This document shows, one piece after another, positions 26,198-38,700 of a stretch of 64,000 nucleotides of DNA. The stretch's first letter is position 1; each line of letters opens with the position of its first letter. Below the pieces are notes generated by a model. That model did not search any database, was not told the origin of the DNA, and worked only from the letters and a program-made list of their open reading frames with translations. Position numbers and translations under genes: made by a program. Source of the stretch: Yuukianura sp. NJ FZ-2021 (Eukaryota); the NCBI GenBank assembly GCA_046563655.1, contig CM102289.1:9176001-9240000 (forward strand). The letters run 5' to 3'.

Positions 26198-28144
26198 TGG
26201 CGGCGGAATTTGAAAGAAGATGTGACCATGAGCTCACTGCAGAGGACTACCGAAGGCTTCCAGAAACTGCGAGTGAGTTTTTTCAGAAAAATTTAAAATT
26301 GACCTTGGTTGACCTTGACAATTTTTCAGAAGCCTACGAGGGTACGGCGGAGAACCATCTCATGAAGGTGACTCCTTCTGTTTTGAAATTCCCGCTGAAC
26401 GACACTTCACTCCATTTGCTCAAACTCGTTTTATGGAACAAAACGAAGAAAAGACTGGATTTTCGGCTTGAAATGACCACACACTCCAATCACTTTGCAC
26501 TTTTTTATGAAAAGGTGAAAGGTCAAGGATTAGATTCTTACAAAATTCAAATTTCCACTTTCAAAAATATTTTCAGACAGCGATTTACGGTGGTGGTGAA
26601 GAAACAGTGTTGGTTAAAGTGAAGCCGTACGATCGACGCATGATCTCAACGACGCTAAAAATCCAAGTGGGCAGCGGCGGTTCGGAGGCAGACGCTGGAG
26701 AAATCAGTGTCCCAGTAGAACTGTTTCCTGATTCCAGTTGGTTCCAGTTGCCAAGAGTCATCATCATGCCAAACGTTCCGATTGGAAAATGGTTAGCATT
26801 ATGTTCAACCTAACCTAACATTTTACATAACCTAACATTTTAAAATACTAACAATTTTGTTCATTAGTTTTGATGCTGTGCTCAGTCTTCCAAGTCCTCC
26901 GAATGACCTGGAAGATGGACTCTACTTTTTCGTTTCTAATGGAAAGACGGACACAGTCACTGTTTCTCCGGCAGAGGGTTGGTGAATAACACTCCAACTT
27001 AACCATAACTTCTTTTTACTTTTACTTTAACTGATTTCACTTTGCATTTTTTTGATTCTAGGAACAATTTGTGCAGAAAGTTGTCCAGACACCTTGCAAA
27101 TCAGTTACCATCCACGGGAGTACATCACAGTTGCTCATACACTTTTCATACACTTTCCAGCAATTCACAAGAAACCTTATGAAGTTACTTTGTTTCTGCG
27201 CTGTAGGCCGTGAGTTCATTCTGCACATGCGTAAATTTCACAATGTCTAATGTCAATAGAGCAAAATGATTGTATTTTCATTATTCTTTTAAAAAATATT
27301 TTGTAGACCACCTTTCGAAAAAGATGACTTTTATTTCCCGCCAATACCAATCAAGAAACTGCCACTAAAAGCAACAAAGTTAAGAAAAATTGAAAACAAA
27401 GAAGAAATGGTGAAGGAATTTGAAACTGAGGATTTGACTACTCCCGCCGCAGTGGTCAAGTTCCTTCTAAAACCATCCGGAAACGCCGCATCTTTAACAG
27501 ATTTGAAAGGTAAGACTAAAAAGTGACTAACTTTGACCTTTGACCTTAACTTGACCTCGCAACTTAGGTCCCACTGGACTCACATTGTATGAAGAGCACA
27601 AGGCTTACAAATTAGCAGAGAGGAAGTTCTATGAAAAAGTAGCTCAACTGCAAACGCTTCAACAGAATTTGCATCTGCAACCATCCAGAGCTCTCGTTGG
27701 AGATGAAGCACTGGAAGAACAGTCTGGCCTTGCTAAGGAAATTGGAGCTGAAAGGGACAAGCATCAGTTTCTGTACAATGTAAAAATTTTCAAAAATTTT
27801 TCAAATTTTTATTAAAAAATTTAGATATGAGTTTTTGTGTAACAAATATTTTCCTCATTTGGTAGAAATGGCTTGGAGTTGCAGGAAACGACCTAGAGGA
27901 TTTGACCCGTCGAAAACCAAAACTGGCTTGTCGTCGTGGCCTGCGTGACCTCGATGAACTCAACTTTCCTGAGCAGGTCAAACCTCCGAACATGACCCGT
28001 GACCTCGTCAAGCAACACATTCTGCGTCCATTTATACAAGCAGCATTGACAGTCATTACACGCCAAAGAGCGGCCAAACGGATCCAAAAACTTCGGATTC
28101 TGATCAAGCAGAAACGAAGTGAACAAGGAAAAAGCGCTAAATGA
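26198..28144 (+). CDS. CFAP221: cilia- and flagella-associated protein 221 (PCDP1)-like, divergent and short
   Basis: Multi-exon frame: NHLMKVTPSVLKF..., FQLPRVIIMPNVPIGK, VSPAEGTIC, ISYHPREYIT, KPYEVTLFLRCRP, LTTPAAVVKFLLKPSG and IQ-like FIQAALTVITRQRAAKRI occur in the same order as motifs I recall from vertebrate CFAP221. Confidence 0.6.
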
Positions 28145-28492
28145 AAGTTTTAAGTTCGACGGAATCTTTGAACAAAACTTGTTCGTTATACAACATTATT
28201 AATTTTTTCAAAAAAAAACGGAAAAAAAATTTACGACGTACTATCTTTAGAGTTAAAATAAAGCTCAAAGTTTCCTAAAATTCACGACAATTCCAGAAAA
28301 ATTCCAAAATATTGTTGTTGTTTTTTAAATACCATTACACTTTCAATCTAGTGCTTTACTTTTGGAAAAAACTGACGTTCAGGCTAAAAAATTTCCTAAA
28401 ATGCATTTTCCTCATTCATGAATTTAAGGAAAATGGAAAAAAAATTGATGATGATTGGAAATATTTTATTCAGTGATTGTTTACATTTAAGG

Positions 28493-28723
28493 TAGAGGTC
28501 TCATAATCCAGAATCATTCCCGAGAATTATCGATAATTATCGAACTTTTTTTGTCGTGATCGATCATTTTCGATAAAATTGGTCGTATTGAGGGGTATGT
28601 AATTCGAAGATTTTGATAAAATTATTGCACGGTATTTTTAACCAGATAAAATTGTATTAAATCAATAAAATTGAAGTTCAACCAAAAATCAGTTATCGAT
28701 AAATATCGATAATGCGATCCCTA
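28493..28723. mobile_element. degenerate hAT-type MITE
   Basis: Termini TAGAGGTCTCA / TGCGATCCCTA (8/11 inverted match), 8-bp flanks ATTTAAGG / ATTTAAAG, internal TTATCGATAA repeats near both ends; in the probable 3' UTR of the metalloprotease gene. Confidence 0.55.
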
Positions 28724-28767
28724 ATTTAAAGGTAGATGACCTTAAATTTGACCTTTGACTGATGCTC

Positions 28768-30881
28768 TTAAATTTTCCACCTCATGCTAGTATCAGCGCT
28801 ATTGCACGGTTGAAGCATGATTTCAGTGCCAATTTGCTTTGCACACGTTTGGAGAGGTTTGTGCTTCATTAGATATTCGTAATTTCCCAATGGGACGAAT
28901 TCGTAATGTTGCCATGGGTTAGCAGGGTCACACTGTGCAGTAAACAATTTGTATCCTTCGGCAGTTCCCGTTACTACACATCTGTCGCCATTTTCTAGAG
29001 CGCTTGGGGAGTTGTAGGGAGTCGAAAGGGAAACGCCAAGAGAATTAGTGTTAAGTGTAAACCGATCCAAAGGACTCCAGTATGGCCTGCAAAACAACAA
29101 AAGTCACTGCAAATGCAATCTGAAACAACAAATTGTGCTAAATAGCTAATTAATTACCACGGGGGACAGTCTGCCATTTCAAGAAAGACCCTTGCAGCAA
29201 ATGGATTTGGAGGATACATGCATTTACCACTGGCGACATTTTGAACAATTTTCCCAATTTGTCGGCATCTCCCCCGGAAACATCGCTGAATAAAATAAAT
29301 TATACTTATATTAAGGAGTTTGCGTTTCAAACCATTTATAGAATTTATAGAAAGTATAGAATTTAGCAAGTCCCGCCTCTTTTCACCTCCTATCCGTTTT
29401 GTCACGGTTCCCGTGATTGGCGAATTTTAAATCTATGACGTCACTTTCCAGACTTTTCTCGTTTATGGCATTTCCGTGTACCGTGTTTATCAATTTTGGA
29501 AATCCGAAAAGTTTAAAAAGTGACCCCACTCACCATAAAGTCTATGTTTTCTATAAAAACTTCCCGGAAAACTCGGAAACTTCCTATTAACTGACTTTAC
29601 AAATCGAATCATAATTAAATGTATCAACTTACCCCACCCCCAAGACAAACCGAGTCATCAACGGGAGCTCCTTCCCGTATAATGGAACCCATCTGGCATT
29701 TCATTTTTTCACAATTTCCAGTGTCAGCGTCCGAAATTGAGTATCCAGTTCCAAACCGTCTTTTGCACTGTTCCAGCATGGGCGGAGCCAGAATCATACT
29801 GAAATCTGGGCTAATGGGATAATTTTGAGGTCCATCTAGACGTCTCAAGCAGGCAGCCTGACTGGTTTGCACAAATTCACTGATGTATCTGTCACTGCAC
29901 GGGGAAAAGAACCACCGGAGCGTTGTTGCCCCACTCATTATGTAACCGTATGGTTGACATGCTTGTGGAAAGTCATCATCATGTGGAGCTCCGAGGCTGA
30001 AATGGAATTATTTATAAATTTTCATTAGCGAACCGTGCGTGGATAGAAATGGATATACAGGGTGTGGCACGTTAAAGTAAACGCTCGAAAAATAAATCGT
30101 CGATTGAAGGAATTACCGGGGGAGAAATGTAAACCTAACTTTTTACTTTTTTAATATAAATTATAATATTTTATATATATAATAGTATATATTTAAATAT
30201 AACATTACGAAATCTTACGTATGGGCGATTTCATGAGCTGCCGTTGCAACCGACTCCCAGTCACCGAAATCGGTAATAAATGCGGTAGCCGGGTTACACA
30301 TTGATTTGCCATACGCTACTCCCTTTACCGGTCCCCACTGTTCGCCAGTCATCAGGATTGCCAAATCAGATTTAGCTAATGAATTTTTGTTTTCAACTAT
30401 CCATTGACTAAAGTGGTACAGAATGTTGTTGTTGTCTGCCCTAGCTTTTGCAACAAATGGTTGGTCGCTTTCTGTTTGGGCTTTCATGACAGATACAACT
30501 CGGAAAGATATCCGAGAACTAGGTAACGTTTTGTAGCGCATGTTCATATCCCAAAAGTAGACAGTCAAGTAGTCAAGGATTCGAACCATGTCTTGATTGA
30601 ATTTGTCTGCCAACGTTTTGTCGACAAACACGAGCGTTTCAATGATCATATCATTCGCAGCGAGAAGTCCTGATGAAGACGGCATTGCCTTAAACAGACT
30701 TGAGTTAGCCGTAGGTACAGCAATACCGTCAGGGTGAATAACTGGAAAGTAAGCATATCGGTAAGTTTTGAGAAATTGGATCAGCCAGAATTACGACAAT
30801 GGAATGTGAAATATGTCTACCTGAACACAATGCAGTAGCGCTTATAGCAGCAAATGCTGCTACGAACTGGAACAATCTCAT
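28768..30881 (-). CDS. secreted M12B (reprolysin/ADAMTS-like) zinc metalloprotease with Cys-rich and ricin-B-like lectin domains (~464 aa)
   Basis: Exons 30881-30821, 30741-30219, 29996-29633, 29285-29158, 29086-28768 in frame. Signal peptide MRLFQFVAAFAAISATALCS; IETLVFVD; HEIAHTLGAPHD zinc motif with Met-turn GYIMS; FSPCS; Cys-rich EQCKRRFG...VCLGGGRCFRGRC; tail with NVASGKCM, AQCDPANPWQHY, QPCNSADTSMRW. Confidence 0.85.
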
Positions 30882-31675
30882 GTTGAAGAAAGAGAAAAAA
30901 CTTACTGGAAACTCGGATGGCAAATTTGGATGTTTCGGAACAGTAATTTCAGCGGGCTTTATACTAACTTATGACGACAAGATAATAAAAGTACCGGGAT
31001 TAAATTAATTAAAAGTACCTTATCTTAAGGATAAGGAATTTTATTGTTCATTGGCGGTTCGGACAGTATTAGTTCTTGCATCAAATTCCATGAATTTTGT
31101 CCTAAGCTGCAAAATATCAAACTAATCCCAGAGGATCGTATGATGTCGATTGTTCACATATTTCATGACAAGTTAACTTAACACTTCTATTAAGTGGTTT
31201 AAAAGATAAGGATGATTGTGTTCTTATGTTAATTTTTAAATGTGTGCAAGTGCAACCAAGGCTCCTTGACAACCGAATTGTATGCCTACCACAAGTTGTC
31301 CAATAACTCAGGATTTTTTAATTTTTTTAAAAAATTTTACCCCAATTTCTATTACAAAACATGTAAATAATTACCATCGAAAGCTGCAGGAGAAAATTTT
31401 TTTTAACGAATTTTTTACCATTTCTCAAAACATGGCATTATTGGACAACCTGGTGTAGAAAACACTATTTTTTTGTTAATTTACGAACCTTGAGTGCAAC
31501 AGATATCATAAAGAGCCTTTACTGATTTATAGTAGCTTACAAACTGAAAAATTATTGAGATGCTGATCTCATATGTTTTCCCGATGACGATTATCGAAAG
31601 AAGACGTCATAGGTATAAAACAATAAAACTATTAGTCTATTAACAACTACCAGTTAATTGTAATAGTTGTTAGTT

Positions 31676-31743
31676 GTCGTGACCTGCGTGACCTTGATGA
31701 ACTCAGCATTCCTGAACAGGTCAAAGCCCCGAACATGACCCGT
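31676..31743 (+). pseudogene. duplicated 68-nt fragment of the last CFAP221-like exon
   Basis: Matches 27933-28000 at 61/68 positions without gaps. Confidence 0.8.
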
Positions 31744-31769
31744 TTAGGAAAAACGTGTTCGTGTTCTTG

Positions 31770-32150
31770 TTTTGGAAAAAGTCAGATTAGGCTAACAAAT
31801 ACACCAAAGTGTATTTTCCTAATTTATGAGAATTTTAAAAATTTCAAAAAATTTATTTTTCAAAACATCATCACACCTTCTAACTTTCCACAGAAGGACT
31901 TTTGGAAGAAGTCAGAATAGGCTGAGAAAATCACTAAGGTGTATTTTCCTAATTTATGAGAATTTTAAAAATTCCAAAATATTGTTTTTCTGAAACCCCA
32001 TCACACATTCTAACTTTCTACAGGAGGACTTTTGGAAAAAGTCAGGATTAAGCTAAAATATTCACTAAAGTGTATTTTCCTAATTTATGGCGAATTTAAA
32101 AATTCCGAAATATTGTTGTTTTTTTCAAAACACCGTCGATTACTGTTGGA
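31770..32150. repeat. ~130-bp tandem repeat, about 3 copies
   Basis: Recurring GTGTATTTTCCTAATTTATG...CATCACAC.TTCTAACTTTC.ACAG.AGGACTTTTGGAA.AAGTCAG; a diverged relative lies at ~28260-28425. Confidence 0.8.
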
Positions 32151-32544
32151 AAAAAAACTAAACTAAAAATAGCGTGCTGAGTATACGGGCTGGGATATCG
32201 CCCGATACCCGCTTTAATCAAGTAATACTAATTCATAGATTTTGAAACTTTCAAGCAAACAATTTTTTTGGTTCATTTCATGATTGGTTGATTGAAAATA
32301 AGTTTTAAGGACGTGTGCTATGCGTCTAATCAACAGCAGTTGTTAAATTTAGTTACCACGATAACCGAACTTGTGTAGTTAGTAAAAGTTGCAGACATCG
32401 ACAAAAAGAAACACTCATCTGAAAAACGATCAGTGCAAAGATGGTCAAAAAAGTATAAACTTTCAAACAAACAAAATACTGACTCAAGTTCGGTTGCCGT
32501 CGTTTGAGTTTTGTAAATAAGTTTTCTGAAACTGCGACATTGAA

Positions 32545-32829
32545 AATGAAAAATCGTGGGGATCAGCGTAGAAAGGTCGTACAATGACCTACAATATATC
32601 AAACTCTAGGAAAAGACCTGATCTAGTATCCTGTTGAAAAAAATTACAAAATTTTAGTTCTAACTGTGAAAAAAATTGACCCAAACATTCCACCTCCATA
32701 TTTACATAGATAGAACTAAAATTTTGTAATTTTTTTCAACAGGATACTAGGTCAAGTCTTTTTCTAAAGTTTGATATATTGTGGGTCATTCTACGACCAT
32801 CCTACTCTGATCCAGACCATTTTTCATTT
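32545..32829. repeat. inverted repeat, ~118-bp arms with ~48-bp loop, probable DNA-transposon remnant
   Basis: CTAGTATCCTGTTGAAAAAAATTACAAAATTTTAGTTCTA (to 32662) is the exact reverse complement of TAGAACTAAAATTTTGTAATTTTTTTCAACAGGATACTAG (from 32711); imperfect pairing extends outward. Confidence 0.75.
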
Positions 32830-33119
32830 GACGAGTTACAGCCCCATTTTGACCCCCCGTTTCCAGGGTGTTCGTACACCTTAAGTGGGTTTGAGACAAA
32901 AACTGAAAATGAAATTATTGTTTTTAATTTTTTTTGATGATTTTTTCATTAAGGCAACCAAATTGTATTTGTAAGTTTATTTGTTTTACTATGACTTGTT
33001 TTGATTTCGTTGTTGCAATTCAAGTTGATGCAATATTTAAAATGTTGAGTTTTTTAAAATTCTAGCCAAATTCAAAATTTCAAAAATTTCCAAATTCTAA
33101 ATTTTGAACAACTTGTCCA

Positions 33120-35386
33120 ATGGACACTCAGGGTCGTAGTGCCTTGTGGCACAGTGTCTTTGGTCCTAAAGTTCCAGAGCAACAGCCAATGGAGTGGCAG
33201 GAATCCCAGGGCGTTGCTCAAGTAAAAACTTAGCTCATTTAAAAATCTAAAAAAAAGTTGTTTAAAAAATGGTTCAGCATTTTAAGTTTTTTTTAAGTTT
33301 ATTTTTGGACAACTAGAATTTTGGCGGGTCTTCATGGGGATACCATCAGTGGCCAGTCTGGACACAACAACAGGTTCCTTGTCAACCAATCACAGGCCTC
33401 GAAGGGGGTACTGCAGTGACGCACTTTGTTAGCCCTTGGACATCTCAGCCTGTGATGCAACAACAGTTCGTTCCTTACGTCAATGGCCAGCAGTATTACC
33501 CCGTTATTGGTCAAGGTCACACGGGTCAAGTTCAAGTACCCCAGATTGGACAAGTTCAAGTACCCCAATTGAGTCAATTTCAAGTGCCCCTGATGGGCCA
33601 AGGTCACGTACCTTATATTCAACAAGGCTATGTACCCCAGATTGTTCAAGGTCATGCACCTTTCGTCGGTCAAGGTCAAGTACCCCTCATTTGGCACCCT
33701 GAACAACCACTTTTCCAAGGCCAAGTGTACCCTCACATGGGTCAATTTCAACTGGTGGGTCAACTTCCAGGAGTACCTTTGACCCCACAGCCTTTTCAAG
33801 GTCAAGCATCGCCCGAGGCACTTTACGACATGAGAAGAATCGGTCTTGAGTATGACCCGCGTGGTCTGATCACTGCGCAGCCGAAAACTGTTCCCCATCC
33901 GGCGTCAATTTTCCCACCAGCCACGGGTATCACGATGTCACAATTAATTACATAATGTATTTAATTTAATATAAAATATTTTATTATTTATAACTTATTT
34001 TTAACATTTTACAGATCCCGTTGCAGAGTTGCGAACGACGCAACCCGGGAAATACGTTTTAGTGGACGTCGATCGCTTGGCAACGGTTTTACGAAAAAGT
34101 CGTTCTGTCGAATTGACACGAAAACGGAGTTGTCCGTTCCAAGCTGAGCGGGAAGCTTATCAAAACCGGACCATGAACCGATCGAACTTTTCTCAAGGTC
34201 ACACGGTAGAGCCGTCCTGGAGGTCAAGATCAGCTGAGTTCCTACTCGGGAATAATCGGAACCGCTCGGCATGTCCAGCCTACTGTAACTACAGCAACGA
34301 CCTTGACGAACTCAACAAACGGCTGGAGCGACACACTCAGGAACTTCGCCATCTTGGACAGTCCAGATCTTTCAACAGGATTACCGGTTTCACTCAGCAT
34401 CAAAATTCCGGACCGCCTAGGAACAATTCCGATCCGGACACGGCTCTCGGTTTTTTCGGACGCTTCCACGACCGGCGTGCAGCAGCATTGAAGTACAATC
34501 AGCGTCCAGCGCAAACCGCTGGAAACCTGCCATACCGTTTTCCGTCACAAACTACATTGAGCTTGTATCCAACTCCGACCAAGCGTTCTCGAAGCAGCGA
34601 AGCTCGGTTTTTCCGGAATAGTCGAACTGATGGCGACATCTGCCGAGTTATTCCAAACGCTGGTTGTAGAGACTTGAGTGTCGACATTGTACCGTTTCGG
34701 ACCGTCCAGGAGCAACCCGGTATTTGGGACCGAATTATGAACTTGGTCCGGACACCAGCACCGTCTCCGGTCAAGCGGACACCTTCTGGATACTTTGACG
34801 CTGGAGTGACGCTGACACGCAGCGATTATTTCTGTGAACCGCACTGCCGACAGTTAAACAGAAGAACCACAGCGACTGGCCAATGTTTTGTAACGGGCTT
34901 TGTGATTGGTCATACCATTTGGGGAGAACTTAAATTCGAAGACATGTTTGATGTCAGTGGACTCAATCTGGATGAGCTCGGTAAGAGGTCACTGACCCCG
35001 CCAAAGGTCAAATTAGCGAAATTTTAGAAATTTTGGAAAAATGATTTTTTGAAATTTTCAAAAACTTTTCAGTTGAATTTGGCCAGTCGTCTGTCCTCGT
35101 GTACCCACCGTGCCACGGTCGTCAAATCCCGCCTGTGGGAGAAGGTTTGAATCGTCCCGCCACTGTAACCCTGCGCCGTGTTTTCCCAACCAATCCAATC
35201 ACACAACGGTCCGTCACAGAGCCAGGGAAAATTCGACATTTGAATTTTGAAGATCAGTTGAAACAAAAAGTTGAATCGTACAGGGGAACTTTTGTGAGTT
35301 ACGATCCGGCAGGAGGTGTTTGGACTTTCAAAATTCCGTATCTTGTTCCGAATTCAATTCGTCCGTACTACTCAACTTTATACTAA
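33120..35386 (+). CDS. Q/G/P/V-repeat protein with C-terminal Nup98-type autopeptidase (peptidase S59) domain lacking the HFS motif (~663 aa)
   Basis: Exons 33120-33221, 33317-33926, 34015-34980, 35073-35386 total 1992 nt in frame. C-terminus VTLTRSDYFCEP...GFVIGHTIWGELKF..DVSGLNLDELVEF...PPVGEGLNRPATVTL..VFP...FVSYDPAGGVWTFKIPYL follows the Nup98 autoproteolytic domain pattern. Confidence 0.8.
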
Positions 35387-35707
35387 TAAAATTAACAAAA
35401 TTTTTATTTTAGTTAAAATTTATTTTATAACTTGATATGATTTATAAGATTTTTTAGACTCTGAAACTCGTGTTGGTAAGGAACATACCGACGCCAAGAA
35501 AAAGCCCGCGAAAATTTCGTCAGAATTCAAATATTTTTTTTGTAAACAGTCACGTTTGAAATCAGCTGTTTCTTTTGCCGCTACTTCTGCTGTATTGATG
35601 TTCGTGGAGGGATTACTTTTAATTATATTCCTAATTAATTATTCATTGATTATTAATTAATTAATAATTATTAATTAGTTGAAACTTAGAGCGAGACAAG
35701 GGATACG

Positions 35708-38700
35708 ATGGCAACATCCGACAATGCAACCTTTGGACATACGTAAGTGAACATTTTTTATGCAATAACCTTTTTCACTTAATCTCCGGATAAACTAAAT
35801 TGGTCGTTTGATTTACTAAATACTAATCACTAGGCAATTGTTAAGCACAATGGCGACACAACCGATTAAGAATCTGGGTACGGCAGTCATCTACGATACA
35901 GGGACCACAACTTACAGAATGTCATATAAAACGTTTAAAACGGTAGCCGACCACATTGAAATGCAGTTGAAGAGAGCCCACTGCGATTCTGACGGAGGAT
36001 TTGTCGGAGTCGTTGTTGAACAGAATGAAATGTTTCCTGCAGTTCTTCAAGGGTAAGATTTGACCTTGACTACTTCATATATAAGTTCCAGACGAAGTAA
36101 CTGACATCTTTCGTTGTTCTGACGTTTCTTTGTTCTAGAATTCTACAAGCCGGGATGGGATTCTATTGCATGACGGTTGAGACGGATTTTTCTGATGCTG
36201 AAGAACTTCGTACATTACAGATGCTGAAAGTTCGACTAGTGATTGCTCAGGATGGCGTCGATCTTCCGATATTCCCAGACGTAAAAGTCATGGATTTCGG
36301 AATAACCGAACCAACATCGACAAAACTACGTTTATTGAAGTTGGATTCCACTCAAGCCTCGTCTGTACAGTATTCATTCTTTTTCAACAACGAGGATCAT
36401 CATCGAGGTACCTTTACCATGACGCCGTTTGAATGGGCCTACGCAATACGAACTTCCGGAACAACCAGCTCCAGAAAGCTGGTTCTTGTCTCCCACCGGT
36501 CTATTACACCGAATATTGTTGACTTTGTTCAAACATTTAAACTCGGCCGGAAAGATGTCATCTTCGGTGCTTCTCCGCCTACATTTGATCCAAACGTGAT
36601 CGATGTGTTTACAGCATTGAAGGCCGGAGGTACCATTCTATATACTACGAAAGCTATAAAACTCATTCCAGAAAAACTGACGAGTTTATGCTGCAAGCAC
36701 GGTGTGACATTTATTCAGTGTACTCCAAGTTTCTTCTACCGATTCGACACTGCAGAAGCAACAAACTTCGTTATGAGCAATATGCATCTTAGGTTCATTG
36801 CCTTTGGAGGAGAACCTTGTCCGAAACGGGAGTACTTACGCAATGTGATTCCGCCTCATCGTCGTCCTACTCTTTTAATTTACAATCTTTACGGCACAAC
36901 GGAGCTTTCATGTTGGGCATCCGTTGACCTAGTGACACTGAAGAATTCCGATTCAAGGGAAATCGGCATCTTGCAAACGCTGATTTACGACACAAGTTAT
37001 CGACTCGTCGACACGGATGATCCAAATGAAAAGGAAATCTTACTTGGTAATTAATACTAAGCATGAAATAGTTCAATGTTGACCGATTTTTCATAATTTA
37101 TCTAGAAGTTGTTAACAGGCACCAGAAATCGTCGATGTCTCATTCTGAACTGTGAAAATGGCCAAGTGGATCCACCAGAGCTCATCGACGACGACAAAAC
37201 TACGTTTAGACGAACCGGTGATGTTATTGATGCAACTGAATTGCCAAAGTTGGTTTACAAAGGCCGAACGGACAACAAAATGAAGCGCCACGGTCACTTT
37301 GTCGATCTGCAAGATCTGGAGCAACGACTGGCCTCAATTCCAGCAGTTGAAAGTGTCTTTTGCTTTGGTGATTTTGGCAAAATCTATGCCGTTCTTACTC
37401 TAACCACCGCAAACTTCTCCAGTACCTCCTCCGAGTCTAACTTATATACCAGTCAATTGTTTTCTGAAATTGAACGCAGAGTGCCAATCAGAAGTCTTCC
37501 AAATCATGTGATCATTCTCCATCCAAAGGAAATTCCGTTAACTGCTAATGGAAAGTTTGACCTCAAGGGACTCAAAAGATTGATTTTGGATAAGAAGATC
37601 GGAGTTGCTGAAAAACAAAAACTTCAGGTTCAAGTGGACGATGTTGAGTTCATTTTGGAAAATGCTTGGCACATTTATACTTCCTCAGCATCAGCATCAC
37701 CCAATAATCAAGAACTCCTCGAACAGAATTTCATTGAAGCTGGAGGTGATTCTGTAAAGGCAATGCAATTGACTGAATACGTCTTTCAAGAACTGAATCT
37801 CTTTGGAACTTTTCTCCAGCAGCATCACAGTCCCGAATTACTTAGAATTCTAGTTCGGTCGAAGTATTCTAATTTAATCGATTACGTTCGTAATCAAATT
37901 CTGCCAGCAGCAAACTACAACGTCGCAGTGTCGTCGTTTACTGAAGAAGACTTGGACGCTGGAAAAACTCAAAACAGCAGCGATGACGCTGAACCGTGTC
38001 ACAGTTGCACTGAACTACTGCTAAAAATTGACACTTCTGCATCTGATGATGCAAATTGCGACACATCGCAATGCCTGCAATACTCTCATCAATTAGCGTA
38101 CAATCTGTACGGCTGTGTAGATGCAACTCCGGTTCTAGTGACACATCCAAGTAAGATCTCAAAGATTTGATTGATACAGATAATTGTCTGATTTCTTTCG
38201 ATTTAATGATTACTGATTCAGATTACTCATTATTGATTTAGATTACTGATTCGTTTGATTTTCAGTACTTGGAAAGATAGTGATTGGCACAAGCAATTCT
38301 GGGTATGTCATCGCTGTCAAATCGCAAAGTTCTATGAAGTTCGAGAATCCAGGAGGCAGTATGTTGTGGTGGAAGAAATTTCCAGATCGGATTGTAGCCT
38401 CTGCTGCCTCCAGTAGAGATCAACTGACTGTGTTCATCGGTAAGTTTTTTGGAACCTAAAACGTATGATTAACGTTTTACTTCTTGAGCTAATGAATGTG
38501 TCCTGACTGAAATCCTGCTTTTTAGCCTGCTGTGATTGTCGCCTTTATGCTGCCGAAGTTGAAACTGGCAGTATCAAGTGGACCTACTTCTGCGGAGGAG
38601 TACTTCTGACATGTCCAGTTGTAGTTCATGACGTGGTGATTGTATCTGCCGATACTGGATGGATATTTGCGGTGGACCAATCGGTGAGTCACAGTTTAAG

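Noticed and set aside
32305..32884. Larger TTAA-flanked element enclosing the 32545-32829 hairpin
   Set aside because: Only TTAAGG/CCTTAA match at the ends; no extended TIR, so boundaries are unsupported.
33332..33898. 188-aa antisense ORF with LGYLNL repeats
   Set aside because: Mirror of the repeat exon on the + strand, which has proper splice sites and frame continuity.
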